Shown one piece after another: positions 13,338-26,482 of a stretch of 64,000 nucleotides of DNA (its first letter is position 1; the number at the start of each line of letters is the position of its first letter). The notes under the pieces are model-generated. The model saw nothing but the letters and a program-made list of their open reading frames with translations, did no database searches and was not told the origin of the DNA. Source of the stretch: an uncultured Methanoregulaceae archaeon (GTDB taxonomy: Archaea; Halobacteriota; Methanomicrobia; Methanomicrobiales; Methanospirillaceae); NCBI GenBank assembly GCA_963806845.1, contig CAWDZO010000021.1, positions 136,045-200,044 on the forward strand. The letters are read 5' to 3'. The position numbers and the translations under genes are program-made.

Positions 13338-15316
13338 TTAATCCTCCGTAAATCTTCTTGTTAAGTCCAAACGGACTGTACTTCTTGCCTCCACCTTTGT
13401 AGAATTTGGTGAAGAATTCAACATAATGCAACCTGATTGAATGCAGACCGCCCCCGAGAATACCAAGCGCTAGGTTCAGCGCATGTCCGATCAGAAAAAC
13501 GACAACACCCAAAATAATAAAGAGCACTCCGATAATCGTGATGTTCTCGAGCTGCGGTTCAATGAGCATCCCAATCGAGATGTAGTTCACCACCATGGCA
13601 ATTGCCACTGAAGAGAGTCCCACAGCAACAATACGTGTATACGAGAGTACGTGACTGATAATTGTTGGAAGTTCGACAATCTCAAGCGCGGAATCCCGTG
13701 CAATGAATAATACTCCAATAACCAGCATCACAGCACCAACGATTGATGCAACATTCAGATTCATGACAATCGTTGGTAATGAAGTAAGATCTGGCATAAG
13801 CGGCATGGCGGACCATCGACCAGATCACCATCAAGGATGCCCCACATGACTGCAGAGCCAGCCGAAGTTTGCCATAACCGCTTTTGTCCGGTGACTCCCA
13901 TGATCCTGGCGTGCATGGTTGATCATCCCCAGAACACGCCCAAGCGTGATATGCAGGAGACCAATCCAGATCGCAAGAATCATCAGTTCAGGAATTTGCG
14001 GACCATGTCCGTCAGCATGGGCACCGATTTTTAAGTGCCTGCTGAACATGATCGGACTCCACGGGAGGGCGAATCCCAGAAATTCACCGTAGAGCAGCCC
14101 AAAGAAAATACTTGAGATGCTTGCATTCCGGAGTACTTTAAGCAGCATGCGTGACCTTCTTCCCCTTTCAGGAACTTCCGAAGCACCAGACACATTGCAA
14201 GAAGAAGCAACCCGTATCCCACATCTCCCAGGATCAACCCGAAAAAGAGGGGAAACACGATAGAGAGCGTGAGCGTCGGATCGAGTTCCGTGTATTTCGG
14301 ACGGGAGTATACGTCCATGAGCATCTGCGAAGGTTTTGCAAACGACGGGTTGTCATACTCCACTGGCACTGAATCATGCTCAAGATCAGTGGGTAGCACG
14401 GTGACAAAGATTTTCCCTCCTGTCGCATCTACAAGCGCCTGACGTATAGTTTCAACACTCCCCGAAGGTACCCAGCCTTCTGCAACGAACGTCTCATTGG
14501 TCGTTGCAAATCGCAAAGGTGCCTCGGTTTGTCTCGACCTGGACTTTTAAAATTTCCTCACATGCAACCAGGAACCCGGCATGTTTCTCTTTGATCGCAT
14601 CCAGTTTCCGGTTGATCTCCTCATTCTCCTTTTTGAGGAGCGTGATTTGTTCGTTGTAAAAGGTAATACGCTCCTGAGGAATCCCGGACTCATCAGGGAT
14701 CGTGACTGCCTGGTATCCCGCTTCCTGCAATGCCCCTTCAACCACATTCCGTTGTTCGACCGGGACGATCACGACCATGAAATGTTTGCCTTTACCTTTC
14801 GCAAAGAACATTTCATGGGGTACAGAAATCGATACCTCTTTTGCGACATACCCGGCAAAAACGACAAAATTCGAATACCCGCGATAGAGATCGAGATCTC
14901 CGGGAATTCCAATAAAGGGAGTGATCTCGGCAATCTTTTGTTCGTACTCTTTTACTTTTGTATCGAGTTTCGAACGTTTTCCCGTGAGTTCTTCAACCTC
15001 CTGCTCGATTGCAGGGAGTTCGCGTTCAATCTGGACCCTGAAGTGCTGACTGATTGTGTCGCTCCTTTACCTCAAAATCATCGCTGCGGATTGAAAATGT
15101 ATTCTGAATCGCACGTATCTTTACAAGATCACCGGATGCTTCACTTGCTCCCGATAGAGGTGTGCCGATCTTAAAGCCCTCATAGCCTTTTGCTCCTGCT
15201 TCAACAAAGTCCTCAATATGAAACAGGTGATGACGATACAATTCCGAAATAACCGGAGCCATCTGATCCTTTGAAGCGACAATGAGCAGCCTGCTCATCT
15301 GCTCAGGCTTTAACAT
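13338..15316 (-). CDS. atpI: A1AO ATP synthase subunit I/a (multiple frameshifts)
   Basis: MLKPEQMSRL; EGWVP; P.Y.ELDPT; FFGLILGDVGYG; LSYTRI; LHSIRLHYVEFFTKFY. Confidence 0.95.
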
Positions 15317-15632
15317 GCAGCTGCTCCTTAAACCGCAAAACCAGCAGCTGCACTGCTTTTGGAAGGTTCTTTGAACCTTTTTCCCTGATTGCTGCTGCCC
15401 GCTGATTGCCACTTTTTATGATTTCAGCGTGCTTAAGTGCCGCCTGGTGCCGTGCTTCTTCCAGTTTCAGCTTCTTGTATTGTTCAGCATTGCTCTGCGC
15501 TTTTGTAACCAGATTATCAGACTCCAGCTCAACCTGAGAATGCCTGTGTTTCTTCTCTTCCTGGGCCGCACTGATTGTTTTTTGGTACTCCTCTTCAGTT
15601 TTTTTAATGTCTCGTAGGACCTCAGTCTTCAT
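15303..15632 (-). CDS. atpH: A1AO ATP synthase subunit H
   Basis: 109-aa charged helical protein at the first position of the atp operon, overlapping the atpI start. Confidence 0.85.
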   Translation of the reverse strand: MKTEVLRDIKKTEEEYQKTISAAQEEKKHRHSQVELESDNLVTKAQSNAEQYKKLKLEEARHQAALKHAEIIKSGNQRAAAIREKGSKNLPKAVQLLVLRFKEQLHVKA

Positions 15633-15746
15633 CCAACCCTCCTCTCACGGCAGTACAATAATTGGTGAAAAAAACAATATATGTATTGTTATTTACGCTC
15701 AAAAGATTGTCACCCAAAGATGAATATTTTTTAAAAAATGGACAAT

Positions 15747-16221
15747 TCAGGATAAATCGGTTTTTATTTCGTATTTTATATTCCGGGGCATTATGCCATC
15801 GGGCAGAGGGGATATATTGACTCCATGTTCACTTCTCTTCAGGGTAATACCTGCAAGCTCATCACTTGAACAGATCAGGTGCTGATCCGGATGTGTCCCC
15901 CTCCGAATTGAGCAGCTGGTAAAAATTTCTGGTCCTACGGACACCACATAGGAAATCCGTCGTGATCCGGGATGATCTTTGGGCAATACCAACAACGGCA
16001 CATGGAAAGTCCTTACAAGATCAATGAGCATCAGAGCAGGTTCAATGGCCCCGTCTTCCGGAGCGGAAACAACAACAAGGTCACCGGCTTCAACTCCCTG
16101 GCAATATTCATCCTGGGAGGTCTCGATGCAAAGCCCAAAGTCTGTTCTTTACTAATGCAATGAGTAAAAAAGATTGTTTCCCCCTGATGAGCAATAACTC
16201 ATCATCGAGGGCGAAGTTCAT
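15747..16221 (-). CDS. Conserved hypothetical protein (frameshifted)
   Basis: ATG at 16221 overlaps the upstream stop; reads MNFALDDELLLIRG...GDLVVVSAPEDG...LPKDHPGS...RGTHPDQHLIC. Confidence 0.6.
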
Positions 16222-16373
16222 GCCAGAGCCACATCATCTGACTGGCAGCTGGGACAGATGGGTTTTTTACCGATACCTTTGAACCGCTCACTGCATTCAT
16301 TGCAGCGGTAATCCTTCCCTTGCACCCGATCCGGGGGAAGATCAATATCTACGGGTCCACCAACAGTACACAT
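16218..16373 (-). CDS. 51-aa zinc-ribbon microprotein (below ORF-track cutoff)
   Basis: Manual translation MCTVGGPVDIDLPPDRVQGKDYRCNECSERFKGIGKKPICPSCQSDDVALA; two CxxC pairs; GGTGA upstream; ATGA overlap with next gene. Confidence 0.8.
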   Translation of the reverse strand: MCTVGGPVDIDLPPDRVQGKDYRCNECSERFKGIGKKPICPSCQSDDVALA

Positions 16374-16578
16374 ATTCAGGTCACCTCACTACGAAATCTG
16401 TGCGACATTATTTAATTCTATCTCATACGCGGTTTTCCTTTTTCATGCAATCTTCATTTTTTCCCCGCTCCAGAAGACAGGCAGGATGAGAATATCTCCA
16501 CGATCCCGGAATAGAGAAACTCTCAATGTAAAACGAAGGGAATCTCTCTGATCAAATAGCTAAAAAAATATACTATTT

Positions 16579-16842
16579 TTAGATCGTTATCCCAAGAATA
16601 TCAAGTAAAACAAGGATACAGACACCAGGAAGACCGCCCACTGCGCAGATAATTATTGTTGCAAGGCTGTAACCGAGATCGGGTTTGCCGATCCATTGCA
16701 TGACATGGAAATAATTGAGGAGAACCAGTGCAGTTAGTCCCAAAATGGCGTTTATGATGAGGACCGTGAGATTTTTTACAAGATAATAGACGATTGCGAT
16801 AATTGCCACGACAAGAAGTATTGTAACCAGCATGTCACTCAT
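16579..16842 (-). CDS. BofA-family small membrane protein
   Basis: 87 aa, three hydrophobic segments, INAILGL..L and GGLPGV.ILV motifs. Confidence 0.75.
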   Translation of the reverse strand: MSDMLVTILLVVAIIAIVYYLVKNLTVLIINAILGLTALVLLNYFHVMQWIGKPDLGYSLATIIICAVGGLPGVCILVLLDILGITI

Positions 16843-16859
16843 AATTTTTCCTCTTTTGT

Positions 16860-18149
16860 CTATTTGCCAATGATATGCTGCTTATTTATTTTTACCGATG
16901 GCAGAATCATCGATCCAATCGCCCGGGATTCTTTGCTTAATCCGGAGATATTATGATGCAGATCGAACACATTTCCTGAAAGCATTGCACTCCGGATGGG
17001 TGTATCAAACTCTCCTCCCTCCATCCAGAATGCATTGGAAAGTTCAACGGAAAATTCACCGCTCATCGGGTTTGCCGTATGAGCACCGACCACATTGTGC
17101 ACATAAACAACACGTTCATCAGCAACCTCATTTCGTTTCCCGTCAACAACAAAATTATGATGCCCTATTGACGGTAAACCTCCAAACCCACCCCGTTTTG
17201 CACTCGCGGTACTCGTTTTGCCGAACCGGTACGCGGTTTTGAGATCATAGGCAAAGGTTTCAAGAATTCCCTCTCTGATAAAATCGACCCGTCGTGTCGG
17301 TGTACCCTCGGCATCCCACCGCACACTCCCGTTTGCCTTTTCCAGAAGCGGGTCATCATACATGGTGATCTGCGGATCAGTAACGATTTTCCCAAGGGAT
17401 TGCGCAAGCCGGGATCGTCCTGCATGCACATTTCGTCCACTCAGCGCGGGTACAAATACATTCCCCAGAAGTTCCCCATAGGCAAGGGGTGAGAGGAGGA
17501 TATCATACTCACCTGTGGCGATATCTTTCCCATTATCCGATTCCGTGGCAAAGAATGTCGCCCGCTCTCCGACAAAGACCGGATCCACCTTGTCCAAGAA
17601 ACAGGAATGATCAAATTCGTAGCCGGTAGACTGCCCGTGAATCGCTTCAAAGAAAGCGAAACACCGGTGTGCTGGTCGGTATACCGGACATCCCTTGCTG
17701 TTTGCAAGTGTCACCGTGGAAGAAGAAAGTGATGCCGAACCGGAAGCCACTTCTGCCGGATGCTCTGCTGCTCCTTCAAGCATCTTTTCGATCAGATCGA
17801 TAACAACCGCAGGTTCAACCCTGATCGAGTGCATCAAACGAAAGCGGGGCCTTGGAAAGTGGTACCGGTGTCAGGCAGCCCTTCCCAATTCCTGCGGGGT
17901 CGCAAGTTTTCCACTGGCAATTGCAGCATTCAGGCATTCCCGCCATTGGCTGACGTTGTTTGTGCTCGAGGACCCGATTCTTCCTTTATGAATGGTGCGG
18001 ATGCCAAGACCGCAATCCTCTGATGTTGTGGCAAGGTTCACCTTCTTTTGTTTCAGGTCAGCAGAGACTGAGGTTCCCTTTACATAAAAGACTTCGACTT
18101 CATCGACCGATTTTTTCGCTTCGTGTATTAATTGATCAATCCACGCCAC
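16860..18149 (-). CDS. TldE/PmbA-family protein (frameshifted)
   Basis: GLGIRTI..GRIG, DAEGTPT, HTANPMSGEFS, MLSGNVFDL; follows tldD. Confidence 0.88.
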
Positions 18150-19471
18150 TGCCACCCACCACCGCATCGCACAGGAGTATATGAGGTGCCCCGTCACTCA
18201 CCGGAACACTCTGTCCTCCTTTCCCGCAATATCCCGGACTCATGGTTCGATTATTACCGCAGAGGGTGATTCCATGAAGGGTTAGTTAGGATTTCACCGG
18301 ATAGAGAGACATCCCTCACCATTGTTGTACATTCCCCGTTTTCAATCAGGTAGCCATACTCCGCATTGAACTGGAATATCCCCCGCCCGGGATCAACCTG
18401 ACCACCCCGGGATCCTTTGAGAAAGATTCCGTTTTGGCATTCTTCAAAGATCTCGTGCTCTGTCGCATCTCCGGCTTCAATGAAGGTATTGCTCATCCGG
18501 ACAAGCGGGGGTTCGCCCGGCATGGCCCGGGCATGACCGGCAACACCATTCCCCACAGAGGAAAGTGTTTCACGGTTATGGAGAAATGCGTTGATGACGC
18601 CATTTTTTATTATTTCGGTCCGGCACACTGCTACACCTTCAGCATCAACCGGATCAAAACCGAATTCGTGGATACCGGGATCATCGACAATGGTCAGGTT
18701 TTCATTCCCGATCTTCTGTCCGGTTTTTCCTTTCAGGACTGAGTTGCCTTCCTGAATCAGGTCACCTTCACTTGCATGACCAACTGCCTCGTGGGCAAAG
18801 ACACCCGCTAATTCCGGGTCAAGTACCGCTCGCATTTTCCCGGATTTTGCTACCCCTGCATCAAGAAGGGCTACTGCAATTTCAGCAGCCTTTTTTCCCT
18901 GGGACTGCTGGTGCCGGAGGTTGAATCCGTGAATCGAATGCTTACGCTCGTAACCCATCTGGACATTACCGTTCCGTGAAGCAACTGCCAGCACATTAAA
19001 CCCGGAACGGCACATCTCATAAGAATATTCATTTTCGGAACTGTCAGAAAACCGGACATGTTCAATTTTTTCTATGAAATTTGCCCTCCGGTTCACAACC
19101 AGAAGGGTGCCGGGCAGCCTGTTTCTATTCCTGAAAGCAGTGATGATTTCTCCTCGATGCTTACATCACGGGGATCTTCTTTCATGGGCGGCACAGCAAG
19201 CATCCCGTGGGGGGCATCACCAAGGATCACATTTTCCTGGGTAATTCGGGAAAGCCTGCATGCGGACTCAAGAATCGCATCAAATTTTTTTCCGTGTACA
19301 GGGAATATAATTATCGATCTGGAGAACTCCCCAGCCGGTTCTGCTGAGTACCCTGATCACTGCTTTATTGAAAAATGAGGTTCCTGCTGATTCCACAACA
19401 CCGTTATCGATATCGATATGGGTGACCTGCCCGGTTACATGCCGCAGATCATAATAGTGTATTCCGGGCAT
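18136..19471 (-). CDS. TldD-family metalloprotease (frameshifted)
   Basis: HEAVGHASEGD, PLVRMSNT, GGQV, C-terminal CGK...VPVSDGAPH. Confidence 0.9.
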
Positions 19472-19476
19472 CGCGT

Positions 19477-21450
19477 TCAGGCCATCGTCTGGTTAATTGC
19501 AGGGAGTTCCGGAATTATTGCTGTTGACCTCATCGCCATCTTTTTGAGTTTGGTGAGGAATCCATTCGCGTTTTCCGGGACCAGTGCATACTTGAGGACA
19601 TCGTCAATGGTGTCCATGGGCAGGATCGTGACAACGGATTTATACCGCTCTTCAATCAGAACATCCCCGATATTCATCCGGGGAATAAGGACTGTTTTGA
19701 TACCCGCTTTGGCAGCAGCTTCAATTTTATAGGTCACTCCACCAACAGGAAGGACATCTCCCCGTACAGACAGGGAGCCGGTCATGGCAATATCCTGCCG
19801 GATCGGAATTCCCTCAATTGCACTGATTACCGCAGTGGCAATACTGATCGAGGCAGAATCTCCTTCTGCACCATAGGTACCGATAAACTGGATGTGGACA
19901 TCCATGTTTTTGATATCTTTTCCCGTGAACTTTTTTATTAATGCACTGACATTTTTGATGGATTGCTGCGCGATCGATTCCTCATCTTTCAGCCAGGGCT
20001 CCTGGCGCTTTCCGGAAACACCTGTGGCAATGATCTGGCCACTCTCTCCTTGTGCCGGGGTTACCTCTGCCATTATGGGAAGGACTGATCCGGCGTCATT
20101 CCCTGTCACCGCAAGCCCGTTCACCCGTCCAATGCGGGTACCTTCAACAATTGTCATCTCATATTCCCTGAGATGCTCGGTAATTTCATCGGAAACCTGA
20201 TCCTCAATCGATCGTGCGGTGTTCTTTGCCGTTATTACATGGGCAGATGTCGTCAGGATCGCATTTTCCTGCCGTGCAATATCACCCGCAACACGGATCA
20301 GTCCACCCATGTCACGCAGTTTTAACGTCAGGTGCCCCTTCCGGTTCGACCGTCGTTTTGCTTCACGGAGGATTTCATCAATTGCACTTTGATCAAAGTG
20401 GGGGATCTTCGCGTCATTTTTCACTTCCTGGGCGATAAAGCGAATGTATTTACGGCGATTTTCCTCGTTGTCCTCCATACTCTCCGCCATATATACTTCA
20501 TACCCATACCCGCGAATACGAGAGCGAAGTGCCGGGTGCATCCCCTTGATAGCATCAAGATTTCCTGCAGCAACCATCACAAATTTGCAGGGGACTGGTT
20601 CAGTGCGGACCATCGCACCACTCGAACGTTCACTCTGTCCGGTGATAGGGAACTCTCCTTCCTGGAGCGCAGTGAGCAGGTTCTGCTGGGAATGCGGGTC
20701 CAGAGTGTTGATTTCATCAATGAAGAGCACACCGCCATGCGCCCTGTGGATGGCCCCAACTTCAACCCGGTCGTGCGCCGGGGTTTCAAGTCCTCCACTC
20801 TGGAAGGGATCGTGCCGTACGTCACCGAGAAGAGCACCGGCGTGAGATCCGGTACCATCGATAAAGGGTGCAATGCTTTTGGTATCATTGGTAACAAGAA
20901 GTTTTGGCACCATCGCTTCTTCGCGTGGAGTGGTGTACCGCAATGCCATGAAAACAAATGCAGCGGCAATGATCCCCATCAGCCACTGGTAGGTAAGGAA
21001 GGAATAACCGATGATACCAATGAGCAGGAGCATAAGCAGGGTGTTCCGGAACTGGATTTTTTTCTTTGCTTCTGCTTTATGAGCTGCAACTATCTGCTTG
21101 CCCCGCCCCCCGCTCACCGTCCTGATCACCGGATTGTTGGGATCATCGGAATTTGGGTACGCAAGAATATCCTGAAGCTCTTCTTTAGGCAATAACCCGG
21201 CCATTGCCTTGCCCAGCATTGACTTTCCCGTTCCCGGGCTTCCGATCATCATGACATGCCGTCGCTGGATTGCTGCCTTTTTAATGACCTCAACCGCGTG
21301 TTCCTGACCGATTACCTGATCAATCAGCTTCTCTGGTACTTCGATCTGGGATGAGGTTGCTATCTCACTTTCAGTATGCGCAACCTCAGGTGTTGTAACC
21401 GGGGATGGTACTGCCTCGTTCTGCGGTGAAGATTGTTCAGAAATTTCCAT
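19477..21450 (-). CDS. lonB: Membrane-bound ATP-dependent protease LonB
   Basis: GSPGTGKS with inserted TM segments, [18 protein letters not shown] Ser and GGVTYK Lys dyad. Confidence 0.96.
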   Translation of the reverse strand: MEISEQSSPQNEAVPSPVTTPEVAHTESEIATSSQIEVPEKLIDQVIGQEHAVEVIKKAAIQRRHVMMIGSPGTGKSMLGKAMAGLLPKEELQDILAYPNSDDPNNPVIRTVSGGRGKQIVAAHKAEAKKKIQFRNTLLMLLLIGIIGYSFLTYQWLMGIIAAAFVFMALRYTTPREEAMVPKLLVTNDTKSIAPFIDGTGSHAGALLGDVRHDPFQSGGLETPAHDRVEVGAIHRAHGGVLFIDEINTLDPHSQQNLLTALQEGEFPITGQSERSSGAMVRTEPVPCKFVMVAAGNLDAIKGMHPALRSRIRGYGYEVYMAESMEDNEENRRKYIRFIAQEVKNDAKIPHFDQSAIDEILREAKRRSNRKGHLTLKLRDMGGLIRVAGDIARQENAILTTSAHVITAKNTARSIEDQVSDEITEHLREYEMTIVEGTRIGRVNGLAVTGNDAGSVLPIMAEVTPAQGESGQIIATGVSGKRQEPWLKDEESIAQQSIKNVSALIKKFTGKDIKNMDVHIQFIGTYGAEGDSASISIATAVISAIEGIPIRQDIAMTGSLSVRGDVLPVGGVTYKIEAAAKAGIKTVLIPRMNIGDVLIEERYKSVVTILPMDTIDDVLKYALVPENANGFLTKLKKMAMRSTAIIPELPAINQTMA

Positions 21451-21673
21451 TGCGGAATATACCTCTTTTATCACTAAGAGTTTTCATATCAATTGTTGCA
21501 TGATAGTTTAAGTACTTTCAGCTGATTACATCGGACAGCGTCCTTAAGAGACCGGTAGATGAACGTATAAAAAATGCATAAAAAACCAATGCGCATAAAC
21601 TACAAGACCTACTATTGTATAATAAATCCACACAAGAAAGAAACTCCGCCACCAAGGGGTTAGGATAGATAAA

Positions 21674-22537
21674 ATGAAAGTAATCTGTACTGAAAAATCC
21701 CAAATACTTGCTACCAGTCTTGCGAAGGCACTGAAGACCTCAGTTGTTGAAGTAAAATATTCCCGTTTTCCCGATGGGGAGCAGTACCTGATTACCGGCG
21801 AACTGGACGATGAGACTGTTATTGTCGGTAGCGTGGTGGATAATGATGCACTCGTCCAGTTAATCCTGTTGATCGATGCCTGTGACAGCTCGGATAACCA
21901 GCTTGTTATACCCTATATGGGATATGCCCGGCAGGACAAGCGGTTCTTGCAGGGAGAACCTGTCAGTGCACGAGCCATAGCACAGGTACTCAGCAGAGGG
22001 GTTTCGGAAATTATTACGGTCAATATCCATGAAAAAGAAGTACTGAAGTATTTTGGCGTGCCGTCAAGAAACATCTCGCTTGCCCGGGACATCGGTTCCT
22101 ATATTAAATCCTTACATCTCAGCAACCCCCTTATTCTCGCTCCTGATGAGGGGGCCCTCACCTTCGCCGAACATGTTGCATCTGCAGGTGGGTGGGATGT
22201 TGATCATCTTGAAAAGACCCGTCTCAGCGGCGTTGAGGTGAGGATGGCCCCTAAGCAGGTATGTGCCGCATCAAGATCGGTTGTTATAGTCGATGATATC
22301 ATATCAACCGGCGGGACAATTGCCACCGCTTCGGGTATGCTCTACCAGCAGGGTGCAAAAGACGTATTCGCTGCATGCGTACACGGGGTGCTTACCGGAG
22401 GAGCATACGTCCACCTTATGACCGCAGGAATCCGCGAGGTAATCTGCAGCGATACCATCGAACGTGGGTGCAGTAAAATATCGGCTGCCGGCCAGATTGC
22501 CCAAACTATAAAAAAAGGTGATTTTAAAGACCCATAA
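21674..22537 (+). CDS. prs: Ribose-phosphate pyrophosphokinase
   Basis: FPDGE, PYMGYARQD, APDEG, VDDIISTGGT. Confidence 0.95.
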   Translation: MKVICTEKSQILATSLAKALKTSVVEVKYSRFPDGEQYLITGELDDETVIVGSVVDNDALVQLILLIDACDSSDNQLVIPYMGYARQDKRFLQGEPVSARAIAQVLSRGVSEIITVNIHEKEVLKYFGVPSRNISLARDIGSYIKSLHLSNPLILAPDEGALTFAEHVASAGGWDVDHLEKTRLSGVEVRMAPKQVCAASRSVVIVDDIISTGGTIATASGMLYQQGAKDVFAACVHGVLTGGAYVHLMTAGIREVICSDTIERGCSKISAAGQIAQTIKKGDFKDP

Positions 22538-22578
22538 AAAAATGAATGATTTATTGTTCCGTCTTACAGGTTTCCCCC

Positions 22579-23034
22579 ATGAAAGCCATTCTTGATTCCA
22601 GTGTTTTTTTCTCGGACTGCCCAATCACCGGCGACCTGTACACAACTCCTTCTGTCTGTGATGAGCTGATTGACATTCGCTCAAAAGGGAAATTCGAGAC
22701 ATTTTCCGCTGAAGGTTTGCACCTTGTTTCTCCGAGTGCCCGGAGTAGAGAGAAAGTGACAATTGCAGCAAAAAAAACCAGAGATACGTGTGTAATCTCC
22801 GATACGGATTGCGACCTTCTTGCGCTTGCTCTCGATCTCGATGCAGTTCTCTATACCGATGACTTCGCTATCCAGAACGTTGCAGGTGTCCTTGGGGTGC
22901 AAACCATTCCTATCAACCAGCGAAAGGCAAAACGCATTCATTGGAAATACCGGTGCAGTGGCTGTGGCAGATATTTCGATCATGACGGCGAATGTCTTAT
23001 CTGTGGCTCGATAATTAAAAGAAAACTTAAATAG
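22579..23034 (+). CDS. nob1: Nob1-type PIN-domain endonuclease with zinc ribbon
   Basis: ILDSS, SDTD..LLALA, TDDFAIQNVA, C.GC...C.ICG. Confidence 0.88.
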   Translation: MKAILDSSVFFSDCPITGDLYTTPSVCDELIDIRSKGKFETFSAEGLHLVSPSARSREKVTIAAKKTRDTCVISDTDCDLLALALDLDAVLYTDDFAIQNVAGVLGVQTIPINQRKAKRIHWKYRCSGCGRYFDHDGECLICGSIIKRKLK

Positions 23035-23055
23035 ATACCGGAGAATCTTTTTCCC

Positions 23056-23664
23056 ATGTCTTCCCTTGACGATCTGATTGGCAGGGCAAAACTGCTCCTC
23101 GCGGAGGGACATAGTCCAGGTCAGATTGCAGATGAACTCTCCCTTTCCATGGAAACCGTGACGTGGCTGCTCACGCAGGGGAAAGGGACGGCCGCCCCAA
23201 AAGATGTCCACATAGACTGGACTGCGGTCAGCAGCCAGGCACCTTTGCTCGAAGAAACTGCGCTGATGCTTCTTCAGAGGTATTATGGAAACCAGTCTGA
23301 TGAGAGCGTTTCATCACCAGCTGCGGAGGTTATTGTGGGTATTGCCCTTTCAGGGATCCCGCTTGCAACAATTATTGCTGTTCAGGAGGCAGCAAAACTT
23401 GCCATCTATCACCCGGCAAAACAGAACCAGAGCGAGCGACCGATGGGATCAATCAGCGGGAATTTTGCCGCAATCGGTGGGGAGCGTTGTATTATCGTTG
23501 ACGATACCATAACCTCGGGTAACACCATGCGGGAAGTGGTGAAATATTTAAAGAAACACAATGCGATCCCGGTTGCCATCTGGGTCATATTCGATAAGCG
23601 CGGTATCAAGGATATTGAGGGTGTACCGGTCTATTCGCTCTTTAAAATATCCCGCATAGACTGA
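23056..23664 (+). CDS. HTH + PRTase-fold regulator (orotate phosphoribosyltransferase-like, GfcR/PyrE2 type)
   Basis: N-terminal [19 protein letters not shown]; [13 protein letters not shown] loop. Confidence 0.85.
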   Translation: MSSLDDLIGRAKLLLAEGHSPGQIADELSLSMETVTWLLTQGKGTAAPKDVHIDWTAVSSQAPLLEETALMLLQRYYGNQSDESVSSPAAEVIVGIALSGIPLATIIAVQEAAKLAIYHPAKQNQSERPMGSISGNFAAIGGERCIIVDDTITSGNTMREVVKYLKKHNAIPVAIWVIFDKRGIKDIEGVPVYSLFKISRID

Positions 23665-23744
23665 TCATTTCTTTTTTTATAGAGCCAAACACAGATTATA
23701 TATAGAAGTTCAATTCCACCTTTTACATCATCGGAGGATCCATT

Positions 23745-25349
23745 ATGCAATCTGGACAACAAATTATCATCTTAAAAGAAAATGTAGAGCGTAATACCGG
23801 GAAAGAAGCCCAGCGCTCGAATATCGCAGCAGCAAAAGCAATTGCCGGTGCTGTCAAGTCAACACTTGGTCCACGGGGAATGGACAAGATGCTTGTAGAT
23901 TCAACCGGGGACATTGTGATCACCAATGATGGTGCAACCATTCTTGGCGAAATTGCTGTGCAGCACCCCGGCGCAAAAATGGTGATTGAAGTCGCACGGA
24001 CTCAGGATGAAGAGGTCGGCGACGGAACAACCACTGCTGTTGTCATTGTTGGCGCGCTCATGGAGCAGGCCGAGGGAATGCTCGAACAGGGTATTCATCC
24101 AACCGTGATCGCACAGGGATACCGAATGGGCATGGAAAAAGCGCTCGAGATCGTGAACAGTCTCTCGCTCAAAGTTGACCCGGCGGACCGCAAAACGCTT
24201 TTTAAAATTGTGGATACTGCCATAACCGGCAAGTCTATCGAGTCCGTGAAAACCAAGCTTGACGGTATTATCGTTGATGCCGTAATGGCAGTTGCCGAAA
24301 AAACCAATGGGAAGATCAATGTCGATGAAGAAGACGTGATGATCAAGAAACAGAAAGGAAAGGCAATGGACGACGCCGAGCTGATCCGTGGTATTGTCAT
24401 TGACAAGAAGCGCATAAGCGAGGGAATGCCTAAAAAGGTTACAAAAGCCAAAGTCGCTTTGGTTGCAACCCCGCTCGAGATCACAAAAACCCAGGTTAAA
24501 GCGAAGATCAAGATCACGAGTGCTGAGCAGATTACAGCCTTCTCCGAGCAGGAACGCGATGCACTCAAAAAACTTGCCGATGCGATCATCGAAAGTGGTG
24601 CGAATGTTCTTTTATGCCAGAAGGGCATCGCAGATCCGGTCCAGTTCTATCTGGCCAAGAGCGGAATTTTAGCCATTGAGGATGTGCCGGAAAGTGATAT
24701 GAAATATGCCGCGCGATCACTGCACGCAACTATTGTGAACAAACCCGAAGCACTCACGGCAAAGGATCTCGGAGCCGCAGACCTTGTCGAAGAAGATACC
24801 GAGGCCAACATCACCCGAATATCCGGGTGCAAGAACCCCAAGTCAATCACCATCCTGCTCCGTGGCTCAAGCGATTATCTCCTTGACGAACTCGAACGTG
24901 CCGTGGTTGACGGAACCCGTGTGGTCATGGACGCCATGGAAGATGGCACCTATGTAGTTGGCGGGGGTGCAGTCGAGACAGAACTCTTGATGAAAATCCG
25001 GGATTACGCTTCAACAGTCGGTGGACGTGTCCAGCTTGCCATTGAAGCCTATGCAGCAGCGTTTGAATCCATTCCCCGCGCCCTTGCAGAGAACTCGGGA
25101 TACAATCCCATAGACAAACTGGTCGAACTCAAGAATGCGCATTCAAAAGGGAAGAAGAACGCAGGTCTGAACGTTTATAATGGCATGATTGTGGACATGC
25201 TCGCAGAAGGTGTAATTGAACCCCTGAGATCAAAACGCCAGTCCATCCAGAGTGCTTCAGAGACTGCAGTCATGCTCATCCGCGTTGATGACATGATGGT
25301 CACCCAGTCAAGATCGCCAGGTTCTGGCGGCGCTCCTGGAGCATTTTAA
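23745..25349 (+). CDS. Thermosome (group II chaperonin) subunit
   Basis: [33 protein letters not shown]. Confidence 0.97.
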   Translation: MQSGQQIIILKENVERNTGKEAQRSNIAAAKAIAGAVKSTLGPRGMDKMLVDSTGDIVITNDGATILGEIAVQHPGAKMVIEVARTQDEEVGDGTTTAVVIVGALMEQAEGMLEQGIHPTVIAQGYRMGMEKALEIVNSLSLKVDPADRKTLFKIVDTAITGKSIESVKTKLDGIIVDAVMAVAEKTNGKINVDEEDVMIKKQKGKAMDDAELIRGIVIDKKRISEGMPKKVTKAKVALVATPLEITKTQVKAKIKITSAEQITAFSEQERDALKKLADAIIESGANVLLCQKGIADPVQFYLAKSGILAIEDVPESDMKYAARSLHATIVNKPEALTAKDLGAADLVEEDTEANITRISGCKNPKSITILLRGSSDYLLDELERAVVDGTRVVMDAMEDGTYVVGGGAVETELLMKIRDYASTVGGRVQLAIEAYAAAFESIPRALAENSGYNPIDKLVELKNAHSKGKKNAGLNVYNGMIVDMLAEGVIEPLRSKRQSIQSASETAVMLIRVDDMMVTQSRSPGSGGAPGAF

Positions 25350-25584
25350 TAAAATTCATTTGTGCTATAAAGAGGGATAAGATCAATCCCCCTTCAACCG
25401 GTTTTTTTATGTGTTCTCCTGACAGAATGCAGGTATTCCAAAAGAGCCTGACCTACTGATTGATTCTTCTGTCATCAGCATAAAAAATCCATCACGCGGA
25501 TATCAGATAGAATTGATGGTGGAGTAATATACAGGCATCAGATAACTATTAGAGCAATTGATGGAAAAAATATCAGAACCGGTT

Positions 25585-25669
25585 GCCGAGGTAGTCTAGC
25601 CCGGGAAGGCGGTAGCCTCGAAAGCTACTGGCGCTTCGCGCCTCGGGAGTTCAAATCTCCCCCTCGGCG
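25585..25669 (+). tRNA. tRNA-Ser(CGA)
   Basis: GCCGAGG/CCTCGGC acceptor stem, GTAGC-CT-CGA-AA-GCTAC anticodon arm, long variable arm, GTTCAAATC T-loop. Confidence 0.96.
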
Positions 25670-26016
25670 TATTGTTTATGTTGTTTTTCTAAGATTTTTT
25701 TCACTTTTTGTTTTCACCGATTATTGTTTTCACCTGAAAAAATCCATTTTTTATTGACCTTAAAAATGCACAATGAGACACGTTCGGAAATGCAATAAAT
25801 TGCCATTGCTTCGCGATTACAAAAAATGGCGAATGATAGCAGTTATTTCTCAAAAGAACCGAGATTTCGAGGTATTTTATTTTTAGAGTGAAAAATAAAT
25901 TATAAATAATACCTATCCACAGTATATCATAATAAGAACAGTTGGTTCGTATATAATATATGCAGCAACGACACCAGAATCGTTGGGGAAAAGCCACGTC
26001 AGAGGGGTGAACCGCC

Positions 26017-26220
26017 ATGTTCCGGATCAAGAAAAACAAACCGCAGATTTCGTCAGATACCAGATCATTTCGTGAGGTACGAAGGCTTAATCTGAACCGA
26101 ACCTACATTCCGCTAAAAATCGGGATAATAGTCGGATATATTATTTTAGGGATGTTATCCGCATCCACATCCATGTTCGGGATTCTGCTCGGAGCGATGC
26201 TCCGGATTGCCGGGTTATAA
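26017..26220 (+). CDS. Small putative membrane protein
   Basis: 67 aa, basic N-terminus plus hydrophobic C-terminus; GGGGTGA Shine-Dalgarno just upstream. Confidence 0.5.
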   Translation: MFRIKKNKPQISSDTRSFREVRRLNLNRTYIPLKIGIIVGYIILGMLSASTSMFGILLGAMLRIAGL

Positions 26221-26482
26221 TTTTTTTTACAGCCTCATTTCCTCTTGTTAAAAGGCTGCACATTTTTTATATATTTCAGGAAACACGGGAGTCCCTAGAT
26301 TCCGGCACTACAAATTAACAGGATTACGATTTTTTAGCATCACGGGAAAGAGAAGATACAATTCGTGCTTTTTATTCAGTATGGCTGGATGCCCAAAAAA
26401 ATCAGCGGTGGATGGAAATGCCCCATGAGCACAGAATGAACAATTTCCAAAAAAAGGAGGCTCGGGTAATTTCCTGACACTA

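Noticed and set aside
16579-16842. Sporulation function implied by BofA (together with TasA)
   Set aside because: BofA-like small membrane proteins are widespread in non-sporulating archaea; no other sporulation genes, and 33 kb from the tasA cluster.
9347-21450. Inteins in AtpA or LonB
   Set aside because: Both have normal length and uninterrupted P-loops.
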